Source: an uncultured Christensenella sp. (lineage in GTDB: Bacteria > Bacillota > Clostridia > Christensenellales > UBA1750). Taken from it: 64,000 nucleotides of DNA. The notes below the pieces were generated by a model that was given only the letters and a program-made list of their open reading frames with translations, ran no database searches and was not told where the DNA came from. Numbering within the stretch: position 1 is the first letter of the stretch; each line of letters begins with the position of its first letter. Where the stretch lies: positions 28,811 to 92,810 of the forward strand of contig CAOKIU010000001.1 of the NCBI GenBank assembly GCA_948468595.1. Direction: 5' to 3'. This document shows positions 18,517 through 25,248 of this stretch, in pieces. The position numbers were made by a program, and so were the translations under genes.

Positions 18517-18984
18517 TCAGCCGAGGCGGCCGTCCATCGGCTTCCTGCGGGCCATGCGCAGAAGGCGGCGCGCAATGACGGTGGAAAAGCCCAGGCTCAT
18601 GGCAATGGCACCCGCCACCAGCAGCGTCTCCATGCCGGAGGCCAGCGCGCGCGTATAGTCCGCGCCGACCACGTATTCCATGGTCCGGTAAAGGCCGTAG
18701 CCGGGAACCAAGGGGATGATGCCCATGGTGGCAAAGACGATGGTCGGGCTTTTGAACGCCCTGGCCGCCGCCTCAGAGGCCGCGCCCACCAATACGCCCG
18801 CCGCAAAGGCAGCCACCGCCGTGGAGCCGAAGGCCAGTACCAGCGCATCGTAGAGGACATAACCAATGCCGCCGATGAGCGCGCCCGGCGCCAGTGACTT
18901 TGTCTCCGCGCGGAAAAGCAGTCCAAAGCCCGCGGTTGCAATCCCCGCCACGATCAGATCAAAGAGAGCCTTTGTAAACGTCAT
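18517..18984 (-). CDS. Threonine/serine exporter family protein, small subunit (ThrE C-terminal type)
   Basis: Four to five TM segments (IVAGIATAGFGLLF, GIIPLVPGYGLY). Start at 18984 with GGAGGAGCGAG upstream. Confidence 0.7.
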   Translation of the reverse strand: MTFTKALFDLIVAGIATAGFGLLFRAETKSLAPGALIGGIGYVLYDALVLAFGSTAVAAFAAGVLVGAASEAAARAFKSPTIVFATMGIIPLVPGYGLYRTMEYVVGADYTRALASGMETLLVAGAIAMSLGFSTVIARRLLRMARRKPMDGRLG

Positions 18985-18995
18985 CTCGCTCCTCC

Positions 18996-19781
18996 TTATC
19001 GCCACAGGGCGATGACCGCGCCCACGCCCGCGGCGATGGCCACGGCCTTGAGCAGGGCGTCCGCCGTGCGGGCCACGCCGGAAACCAAGTCGCCATTGAC
19101 GGTATCGCGTATGGCGTTGGTAATGGCCAAGCCGGGCAGCAGCGGCATGATGGCCCCGATGATGATGGGCGTCTGATTGCCGATGTGAAAGAGGCGCACG
19201 CTGCCCGCGGCAATGATCGCCGAAATGGCGCCGGAAATCAGCGCGTACATGGTAGAGGACACGCTGTCCTCACGGAAGAACATGGCCAGCGCCCGCGTCA
19301 GCGCGCCGCAGAGAAAGGCGATGCAAAAATCAAACCCACTCGCCCCGAACAGCAGCGAGAAAAAAGCGGCCGAAACCGCGCTGGCCGGCATGGCGATCCA
19401 CAGCGGCTGCGGCCGGGCCTGTCTGAGCGCCTCCAAGCTCTTGCAGCCCTCCTCCAGCGCAATCTCGCCCGAGACCATGCCCCGGGAGATGCTGTTGACC
19501 TTGGCGACCTGACCCAAGTTGGTCGTGCGCGCCTTGGTGCGGATGACCTCGCTGCGAGGCACGCCCTTTTCGTCCACAAAGGAATAAACCGCGCCCGTGG
19601 GCAGGGCCAGGACCGCCACCTCCTCGAAACCAAATCCCTCCAAAATCGTCTTGACCGTGTCCTCCACCCGATAGGTTTCGGCGCCGTTTTCCAGCAGCAG
19701 ACGCCCCGCCAGGCGCGCCGTGCGCATAATTCTCTCCGTCTCCACCTCGTGCTCCAATCCCCCGGCCCCCTTTCCCTCCAT
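18996..19781 (-). CDS. Threonine/serine exporter ThrE family protein, large subunit (DUF1212 type)
   Basis: Contains RLLLENGAETYRVEDTV and C-terminal TM segments. The start is uncertain: 19781 or 19727. The ATG at 19811 sits inside a TATAAT box. Confidence 0.7.
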   Translation of the reverse strand: MEGKGAGGLEHEVETERIMRTARLAGRLLLENGAETYRVEDTVKTILEGFGFEEVAVLALPTGAVYSFVDEKGVPRSEVIRTKARTTNLGQVAKVNSISRGMVSGEIALEEGCKSLEALRQARPQPLWIAMPASAVSAAFFSLLFGASGFDFCIAFLCGALTRALAMFFREDSVSSTMYALISGAISAIIAAGSVRLFHIGNQTPIIIGAIMPLLPGLAITNAIRDTVNGDLVSGVARTADALLKAVAIAAGVGAVIALWR

Positions 19782-19887
19782 CCACGCTTCACATGTTCTA
19801 TTATACAACACCCTCTTCCGGTTTGCCTATCCTCTCCGCGCACTTTCCTCCCCGCGCGCCGACCGCGAATTTTCTCACAAAAAATGC

Positions 19888-19916
19888 TTGCAATTCTCCA
19901 AAGCCTGTGCTATTAT
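19888..19916 (+). promoter_or_regulatory. Promoter of the tRNA-Ala gene
   Basis: TTGCAA, 17-nt spacer, TGcTATTAT. It lies about 40 nt upstream of the tRNA 5' end. Confidence 0.55.
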
Positions 19917-19957
19917 AATGTTCGTCAGCCGGGGCGGCGGACAGGTAAACTTCATAT

Positions 19958-20033
19958 GGGGCATTAGCACAGTTGGTAGCGCGCAACGTTCGCAATGTTG
20001 AGGTCAGGGGTTCGAATCCCCTATGCTCCACCA
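19958..20033 (+). tRNA. tRNA-Ala (anticodon CGC), CCA encoded
   Basis: Cloverleaf read by hand. Acceptor GGGGCAT/ATGCTCC includes the G3:U70 alanine identity pair. Anticodon stem CAACG/TGTTG, loop TTCGCAA, T-arm AGGGG-TTCGAAT-CCCCT, 3' ACCA. One D-stem mismatch. Confidence 0.9.
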
Positions 20034-20035
20034 AA

Positions 20036-20072
20036 AACAAGCTGAAACTAAAGGTTTTCAGCTTGTTTTTTT
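20036..20072 (+). terminator. Rho-independent terminator after tRNA-Ala
   Basis: AACAAGCTGAAA-ctaaagg-TTTCAGCTTGTT followed by TTTTTT. Confidence 0.85.
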
Positions 20073-20283
20073 GTGCAGCCTGATTCTGATTTTGCTGCGT
20101 CATCGGGCGTGGCTTCATGCTATGGTTAACCCACAATATGGTCACCCGTCGAAAGGCGGGCGGCCATCCTCCATTTGGACGTTGATCTATCCGCTCTTCC
20201 AGCTTCGAACCACGCGCCTTTGTTTTCTCACAAACATGCCGGTTTTTCCCCTTTGTGGAGCAAATCTTGCCATCGTAAATAGA

Positions 20284-20344
20284 ACAAAGATCACTGCGTG
20301 GCAGTGATCTTTGTGGTTATAGATCTCCGCTCGCGGAGATTTTT
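20284..20344. terminator. Two adjacent stem-loops (bidirectional terminator region) downstream of the lipoprotein gene
   Basis: Perfect 14-bp arms acaaagatcactgc/gcagtgatctttgt at 20284-20314. Then atctccg-ctcg-cggagat plus TTTT at 20323-20344. Confidence 0.65.
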
Positions 20345-20362
20345 CATTTGAGATGCGTGGGG

Positions 20363-21169
20363 TTAATTAAAATCGAACTGTATCTGCATCGGATAAGCCC
20401 AGACCTTGTAGTCTGCGATTTTTTCGCTGGTAACGAAAGAGGGCAGCATGATGCCGCTCACCTCAAATCCAATCTTCTGAGCGGGCGCAAGTTCCTCGGT
20501 AATGATGGTCCCTACGATGCCCAATACCTCTCCGGCATCATCGTAGAGCACAACCGTCACATATGTCATCTTGCTTGCTTCGTCGGACGTGTTTTCCACA
20601 CGGCCTTTGATCTTGAGATCGGTATAGGTATCGCCGGAAATCTTGACATCCGATGTTGCATATCGGATCAGATCCACAGTCGCCTCTCTGACATCTTCGC
20701 GCGGCAAGAGGACTAAATCACCTTCCACAGCTTCATCTAGCGTTGCGGTTTCGTACATATATCCAACTTCACCGGGAGCAATAACGTTGGGATATGCGGA
20801 GAACATACTTGAAGAGCAGACCAGCGCCCCGGCAGAGTCCTCAACATCGTACGCGCCGCTGGACAGATATAGGTTGGTATCGCCAGTGTTCTTAATCTCT
20901 ACCAGAGCCTGAATCCAAGTGGTCCCGATGCTGCTCTCCCACAAGGTGGCGGCTTGCTTGGTCAATTCATACTGCGCGCCAGTGGCAGATTCTTGGGAGG
21001 GTTCGGGCTCTGTTGCCGGTTCGGTATCGGTCTGCGCAGGAGAGGCGTCTCCGGTTGTTTGAGGGGCGGGAGTGCCATCCAAATCCACCTTGTCGTTCCC
21101 AGAGGGCGAGCATGCGCAAAGCATGGCAACCAGTAGCAGGGTCATCGCGATCAAAATCCAGCGTTTCAT
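20363..21169 (-). CDS. Hypothetical lipoprotein (two internally similar beta-rich modules)
   Basis: Signal peptide MKRWILIAMTLLLVAMLCAC with a lipobox, then a Thr/Pro/Glu linker. RBS AGGAGGATTTAAG. GC content is visibly lower than the surrounding genes. Confidence 0.7.
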   Translation of the reverse strand: MKRWILIAMTLLLVAMLCACSPSGNDKVDLDGTPAPQTTGDASPAQTDTEPATEPEPSQESATGAQYELTKQAATLWESSIGTTWIQALVEIKNTGDTNLYLSSGAYDVEDSAGALVCSSSMFSAYPNVIAPGEVGYMYETATLDEAVEGDLVLLPREDVREATVDLIRYATSDVKISGDTYTDLKIKGRVENTSDEASKMTYVTVVLYDDAGEVLGIVGTIITEELAPAQKIGFEVSGIMLPSFVTSEKIADYKVWAYPMQIQFDFN

Positions 21170-21229
21170 CTTAAATCCTCCTGTGTGTATGTTTTTATCT
21201 GAACATCAATTACAATGAGTAAACATCCC

Positions 21230-21266
21230 ATAAAATGAGAATAACTCTGCACGTTACGTGCAGAGT
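21230..21266 (-). terminator. Intrinsic terminator inside the leader of the lipoprotein gene
   Basis: Minus strand reads ACTCTGCACG-taa-CGTGCAGAGT followed by TATTCTCATTTTAT. It lies about 65 nt upstream of the lipoprotein RBS. Confidence 0.7.
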
Positions 21267-21519
21267 CTCACCTTAACCCCAGAGATTGCGAATATGTAAT
21301 TGATGGTAACATTGCGTCGATCTCTTATCAATAGCAGCGGGGCTGTTCTTAAGATATCTATGACGACCAGTATTGATCGACAATAGCAGGAGATTGCTTT
21401 CCTCCTTCAAACCCGTCCAAACAAATATCCAACGCTTCCTTCACATCTAGCGTCGTATAAGGAATTTCAAATGCTTTAGATCATGTGTCCCAGCAAATCA
21501 TTTATCTATCCCTTATCAC
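21267..21519 (-). ncRNA. Candidate structured leader or cis-regulatory RNA (class unknown)
   Basis: This is the region between a consensus promoter (21526-21554) and the terminator at 21230-21266. It has no ORF with both a start codon and an RBS. Nested complementary segments can be drawn: AUAAGGGA...UUCCUUAU enclosing AAAUGAUUU...AAAGCAUUU. CUGCUAUUG occurs twice. Confidence 0.35.
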
Positions 21520-21525
21520 GCCAAC

Positions 21526-21554
21526 ATTATATACCAGCTCCCAAAATTTGTCAA
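21526..21554 (-). promoter_or_regulatory. Consensus sigma-A promoter (TTGACA-17-TATAAT)
   Basis: Minus strand reads TTGACAAATTTTGGGAGCTGGTATATAAT. Both hexamers and the spacer length are perfect. Confidence 0.75.
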
Positions 21555-21566
21555 GAAAGGGACGCG

Positions 21567-21884
21567 ATGCCGTCGTATGTCCGTTCGATAGTCGAATATC
21601 AAGCGCAAAAATCGTCTATACACTCTTATGAAACTAGAACACTTTCGGATCGCATTGCATTCCTTGGCCCTATGTCCGATGCCGTATACGAGCACAACGT
21701 CGAACGCTTCATCGAGGTTCTTCAAAGATGCGCAGCACCCGCATTTGCAGGTCGTGGAGGCGCAGGAGGCGCGCTTTGCGCTTTTGGCGTGGCGGTCTCC
21801 TTCCTCTCTGCCAATGATTACGACATACGCGACATCTGCATTGAGGAGAGCATCCTTTGGCAGATCTATCAAGATAGGATTTGA
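21567..21884 (+). CDS. Hypothetical protein (doubtful)
   Basis: 105-codon ORF starting MPSYVRSIVEY, with a weak AAAGGGA RBS. An overlapping minus-strand ORF (21516-21872) is about equally plausible or implausible. I recognise no family. Confidence 0.2.
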   Translation: MPSYVRSIVEYQAQKSSIHSYETRTLSDRIAFLGPMSDAVYEHNVERFIEVLQRCAAPAFAGRGGAGGALCAFGVAVSFLSANDYDIRDICIEESILWQIYQDRI

Positions 21885-21899
21885 CCAAGGGAAAACCCT

Positions 21900-22355
21900 T
21901 CAGCTTTTCCGCTCCTCTTCCTCCTTCCTCCTCCGGTATTGCCCGATCATTCCATCGTATTTTCTGCCGGTGATCCGGAAATAGATGTCAAAGCCGACGG
22001 TCATCGCCGCAAAAATGAGGAAGAAGATGCCGATGAACATCGCCCATGCCCCTACCTGATCCGTTGGGAACCAATCCGCTTTCCAAGCGGTGAAGGACAG
22101 TACCGGGAGAAACAGCAGCACGAATAGCAGGCTTCGCCATGTGTACCGCATCTTTTTGATGATCCAGTCGGAAAAGCACACGGCCTGGATCAGCGATCCG
22201 GCGGCGCTGACCAACAACAGGCCCCACAGGAGGGCGGTTGAAACTACTCGATTGTCAAAGATGAGGCTGAAAAATAGATAGATGACCATGGCGGCGGTAA
22301 ACAACATGCACGCCGATGTCTTCCATTCCACGATGCCCTTGAGAAATCTCTTCAT
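21900..22355 (-). CDS. DUF3021-like membrane protein, putative inhibitor partner of the LytTR regulator
   Basis: Four TM segments and a C-terminal basic/acidic tail. Its start ATG overlaps the LytTR stop as ATGA at 22352-22355. The longer 185-aa ORF in the track is an N-terminal over-extension. Confidence 0.65.
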   Translation of the reverse strand: MKRFLKGIVEWKTSACMLFTAAMVIYLFFSLIFDNRVVSTALLWGLLLVSAAGSLIQAVCFSDWIIKKMRYTWRSLLFVLLFLPVLSFTAWKADWFPTDQVGAWAMFIGIFFLIFAAMTVGFDIYFRITGRKYDGMIGQYRRRKEEEERKS

Positions 22356-22810
22356 TTGAGGATGCTCCTTTCCGCCTGCTGTAGTTTTTCCTTCAGCTCT
22401 TCGGCATACTGGCGGGAAACCCAGACCTGTTCGCCGTTGTCCATGGTCACCAACCACCGCCTGCCCAATTCCGGGCGAACAGACCGCACGCGGCGAAAGT
22501 TGAGAATGGTGGACCGCCCCGCCCGGAAGAAGTCCAATTCTCTTAAGGACTCCTCCAATTCATATAGGCGCAGGGCGCTTTGATAGACGGCCTTCTCCGT
22601 GTAGAGGAACGTTTTTTTGTCCGCCGTGTCGATATAGAGGATGTCCTTCGTGTCCAGCAGATATCGTTCACCGTCCAAAATGCCGACCAGCTTCTTCTGG
22701 TATACGCGCAGCATGGCTACGAGCCTCAATACATCCTCGTCCGCTTGAGAACAGTTGATGATGACCTCTGTTTCCGCATATGATGGGTCTTGATTGAGCG
22801 TGATTTTCAT
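22352..22810 (-). CDS. LytTR family DNA-binding protein (stand-alone, no receiver domain)
   Basis: 152 aa. The LytTR signature is spread through ILYIDTADKKTFLYTEKAVYQSALRLYELEESL...FFRAGRSTILNFRRV. RBS AAAGGAGGAG. Confidence 0.8.
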   Translation of the reverse strand: MKITLNQDPSYAETEVIINCSQADEDVLRLVAMLRVYQKKLVGILDGERYLLDTKDILYIDTADKKTFLYTEKAVYQSALRLYELEESLRELDFFRAGRSTILNFRRVRSVRPELGRRWLVTMDNGEQVWVSRQYAEELKEKLQQAERSILK

Positions 22811-22831
22811 AGGGCTCCTCCTTTCGTGATC

Positions 22832-22859
22832 AGTTTAGCAGACAAAGATCGGATTGCAA
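22832..22859 (-). promoter_or_regulatory. Putative promoter of the LytTR operon
   Basis: On the minus strand: TTGCAA, 16-nt spacer, TAAACT. Confidence 0.4.
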
Positions 22860-22990
22860 TATGATTTTCCTCTGTGACCTTTTTCTTGCCCTGAGATGCA
22901 CAATGCAACGGCTGAATCGCAGGGGCGCGCGCCCGCCGTTCATACGCAGAGGGGAAAAAGAGCGCGCTGCCGCCTTAAAAACGCCATCAC

Positions 22991-23023
22991 AAAAGCCCCC
23001 TGATGATTTTTCAGGGGGCTTTT
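22991..23023. terminator. Bidirectional stem-loop terminator
   Basis: AAAAGCCCCCTGA-tgatttt-TCAGGGGGCTTTT. It is flanked by A-runs and T-runs on both strands. Confidence 0.75.
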
Positions 23024-23067
23024 GTATCTGCCGCGCGCAGGTCAATGCTTGGCCGTCTTCCGCTTGC

Positions 23068-23256
23068 TCAACGCGCCTTCATGTAGTGCTGCGCCAGCGC
23101 ATGCAGGTCGTCTTCGGTGGTGATGGCCCCTGCCTTGCGCAGCATCTTGGCCTGCACTTCCTCCGGCAAGGAGGAAAAGTACTCGTTGGCGGATGGACTG
23201 TGCTCCATCAGCTCGTGAAATCCCTTCGGACCATAGATGTTGTATCCGCCGTCCAT
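23068..23256 (-). CDS. Small hypothetical protein (62 aa)
   Basis: Sequence MDGGYNIYGPKGFHELMEHSPSANEYFSSLPEEVQAKMLRKAGAITTEDDLHALAQHYMKAR. GAGGTGA lies 5 nt upstream of the ATG, and the upstream gene stop lies within that RBS. Confidence 0.45.
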   Translation of the reverse strand: MDGGYNIYGPKGFHELMEHSPSANEYFSSLPEEVQAKMLRKAGAITTEDDLHALAQHYMKAR

Positions 23257-23261
23257 GCCCG

Positions 23262-23501
23262 TCACCTCGTTTCCCTTTCGGCGTCTTTTTTCTTGGGAAT
23301 CTCCATCCCGTACATCTCTTGCAGGTTCTCGTATTCCTCGGCGTTTTCCGGCTTTCTCGGGAATAGGCCCGTGCATTCCTGCGCCGAGACCGTGCTGGTC
23401 ATGTCGGGAAAGACCTTGTCCTGCTCCATATACTTCGCAAGCGAGTCATTTTTCAGCTCTTCCACGTGCAGAGCGTCCACGTTCCGCGGATCTTTTTCCA
23501 T
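23262..23501 (-). CDS. Small acidic hypothetical protein (79 aa)
   Basis: Starts MEKDPRNVDALHVEEL and includes ECTGLFPRKPENAEEYENLQEMYGMEIP. It is tandem with and closely coupled to the 62-aa gene. Confidence 0.45.
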   Translation of the reverse strand: MEKDPRNVDALHVEELKNDSLAKYMEQDKVFPDMTSTVSAQECTGLFPRKPENAEEYENLQEMYGMEIPKKKDAERETR

Positions 23502-23553
23502 TTAAAAACACCTCCACGGCATTAGTATCCCGTGAAGGCGTCAAAAGCATGCT

Positions 23554-23817
23554 CTATTTTTTTCGGTCCACCGCGGCCTGCTTCCACATCTGGTAGTACC
23601 ATTGGCTCATCGCGGCCGCCACCACGCCCTGTGTCGCTCCCTCCATCAGCCATGTTCCCACCTGCCCGCTCTTCCACGTCGACGCCAATCCCAGCGCCAC
23701 GCCCGCCGCCGTCAATGCCCAGGGAATTGCCCAGTTCTTGACGTGCGGCGTGCGCTTGAGCAACACACCCAGCGCGCAAAGCAGCAGCGGCGCGGTGGTC
23801 ATCGGACCCATCAACAT
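23554..23817 (-). CDS. Small two-TM protein, phage-holin-family-like
   Basis: TM1 is TTAPLLLCALGVLL. It is followed by KRTPHVKNWAIPWALTAAGVALGLA and an amphipathic tail GVVAAAMSQWYYQMWKQ, which recalls clostridial phage holin family proteins. The start is uncertain and there is no clear RBS. Confidence 0.4.
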   Translation of the reverse strand: MLMGPMTTAPLLLCALGVLLKRTPHVKNWAIPWALTAAGVALGLASTWKSGQVGTWLMEGATQGVVAAAMSQWYYQMWKQAAVDRKK

Positions 23818-23906
23818 TCTGGATAACGCTTCCAATCGGCATCCCCCCGCAAAAGGGTATGCCAAGGAGCGGCAAAACATGAAGCGCTTTTCAACGATTT
23901 CGAGGG

Positions 23907-25064
23907 TTAGATTTGCCGGTCAAAGAGCTCCGGCCGCAGCAACCCGCCCTGGCCGGTGACAAGGCTTTGCACGGTTTGAGCTGTGGGCGCCGCGCCGCGC
24001 TGCGCCTGCCAGGAAGCGGCGAGCCCCGCGGCTTCTCCCGTCACCGCGCAGGTGGGAATGACGCGCGTCAAATCCCAACCGCTCTTTTCCGCGCAGCAGC
24101 AGCGGCCCGCGGCATAAAGGTTTGAAAAGGTCTCCGCCTTTATGGCGCGATAGGGAATGCTATAGCGGTGACCGCTCTTCTTCCAATTGCCGATCATGCC
24201 AATGGCGTCGTGAAACCACACGTAATCGTGCGCATCCTCGGAAAAGTGTGCGCTCGTCTCCAATCGCCGCGTCATGCGCAGGCCGTGATAGGCGGGGATG
24301 AGCAGCGGATAGGCGCCGGGATTGCCGCCGGCGCGAAGGTCGCGCACATGGTTCAGAATCATCGCGCGCTGGTCGATGAGGCTTTGCGTGATTTCCTCGG
24401 GATCGGTGCCGGAATAGAGGCGCGAACCCTCGGGAATCTGGGTATAAATGGGGTCGGTCTGCTGGTGGAGGCGCAGCGCCTCGCCGTCAAAGCTGTAGTA
24501 CCAGCCCGTGCGGCGGTTGGTCGGGTCGTCCACGGTCTTTTCTCCCGCGAAAAAGCACAGGTCCGCATCCCCAGTGCAATCGACAAACGCAGCGGCCTCC
24601 ACCTCCATCCGCCCGCGCTTGGTTTCCACCCAAATGGACCTGACGCGCCCGCCCTCCGTCTCCGCGCCCGACAGGCGCGCGTCATAGAGCAGTTTGACGC
24701 CCGCGTCCAGCAGCAGTCGCTCCGCCGCGATCATCATGGACGCCGCGTTGTAGGTCACTTGGTAGCGCACGCCGCGCCGCGCCTCCTGGGGCGCGTTCTC
24801 GTCCGCCCATGCGCTGGGAATTTCCCCCGGGCCGATTTCCAGCGCGCAGCGCAGCAGCTCTTCGCTCAGGGATGCGGACATCTTGACCCCCAGGCCGTCG
24901 TCCAGGGGCAGGTAGACCACGATCAGCCCCAGCGTCGCCAGCCCGCCCAGCGCGTACTCCTTTTCCACAAGCAGCGTCTCGGCGCCGCTGCGCGCGGAGG
25001 CCAACGCCGCGGCAATGCCCGCCATGCCGCCGCCCAGCACAACCACGTCCGTCTTCATCCTCAT
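23907..25064 (-). CDS. FAD-dependent oxidoreductase
   Basis: N-terminal DVVVLGGGMAGIAAALASARSG...LLVEK dinucleotide-binding fold. 385 aa. Confidence 0.7.
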   Translation of the reverse strand: MRMKTDVVVLGGGMAGIAAALASARSGAETLLVEKEYALGGLATLGLIVVYLPLDDGLGVKMSASLSEELLRCALEIGPGEIPSAWADENAPQEARRGVRYQVTYNAASMMIAAERLLLDAGVKLLYDARLSGAETEGGRVRSIWVETKRGRMEVEAAAFVDCTGDADLCFFAGEKTVDDPTNRRTGWYYSFDGEALRLHQQTDPIYTQIPEGSRLYSGTDPEEITQSLIDQRAMILNHVRDLRAGGNPGAYPLLIPAYHGLRMTRRLETSAHFSEDAHDYVWFHDAIGMIGNWKKSGHRYSIPYRAIKAETFSNLYAAGRCCCAEKSGWDLTRVIPTCAVTGEAAGLAASWQAQRGAAPTAQTVQSLVTGQGGLLRPELFDRQI

Positions 25065-25179
25065 GGTATTCTCCTCCTATACGTCCGGTATTTGCCTAGG
25101 ATTATTTTAATGCAAACCCTTGCCAAAAACAACCGCTCATTCTTTAGGCGAACGCGGGATTAAGAATATCGAAAACCGC

Positions 25180-25207
25180 TTAACAACGCGCGGGAATGTG
25201 CTATAAT
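25180..25207 (+). promoter_or_regulatory. Putative uvrB promoter
   Basis: TTAACA, 16-nt spacer, TGcTATAAT. Confidence 0.5.
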
Positions 25208-25248
25208 AGGAGAATACGATTAGGCGAACAGATGAGAGGAGAGCGTGT

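Noticed and set aside
21516-21872. 118-aa minus-strand ORF (MIDLPKDALLNADVAYVV...)
   Set aside because: It would contain the consensus promoter within its 3' end. It has no RBS and no recognisable family, and it competes with an equally weak plus-strand ORF. I left it uncalled.
23262-23376. Frameshifted pseudogene interpretation of the two small ORFs
   Set aside because: The second ORF has its own ATG preceded by GAGGTGA at ideal spacing, so two coupled genes is the simpler reading. I keep it as an open question in the findings, not as a pseudogene call.
20034-23900. Integrated mobile element at tRNA-Ala (integrase, att direct repeat)
   Set aside because: I could find no integrase or recombinase ORF and no second copy of the tRNA 3' end. 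I report it only as a compositionally atypical islet.
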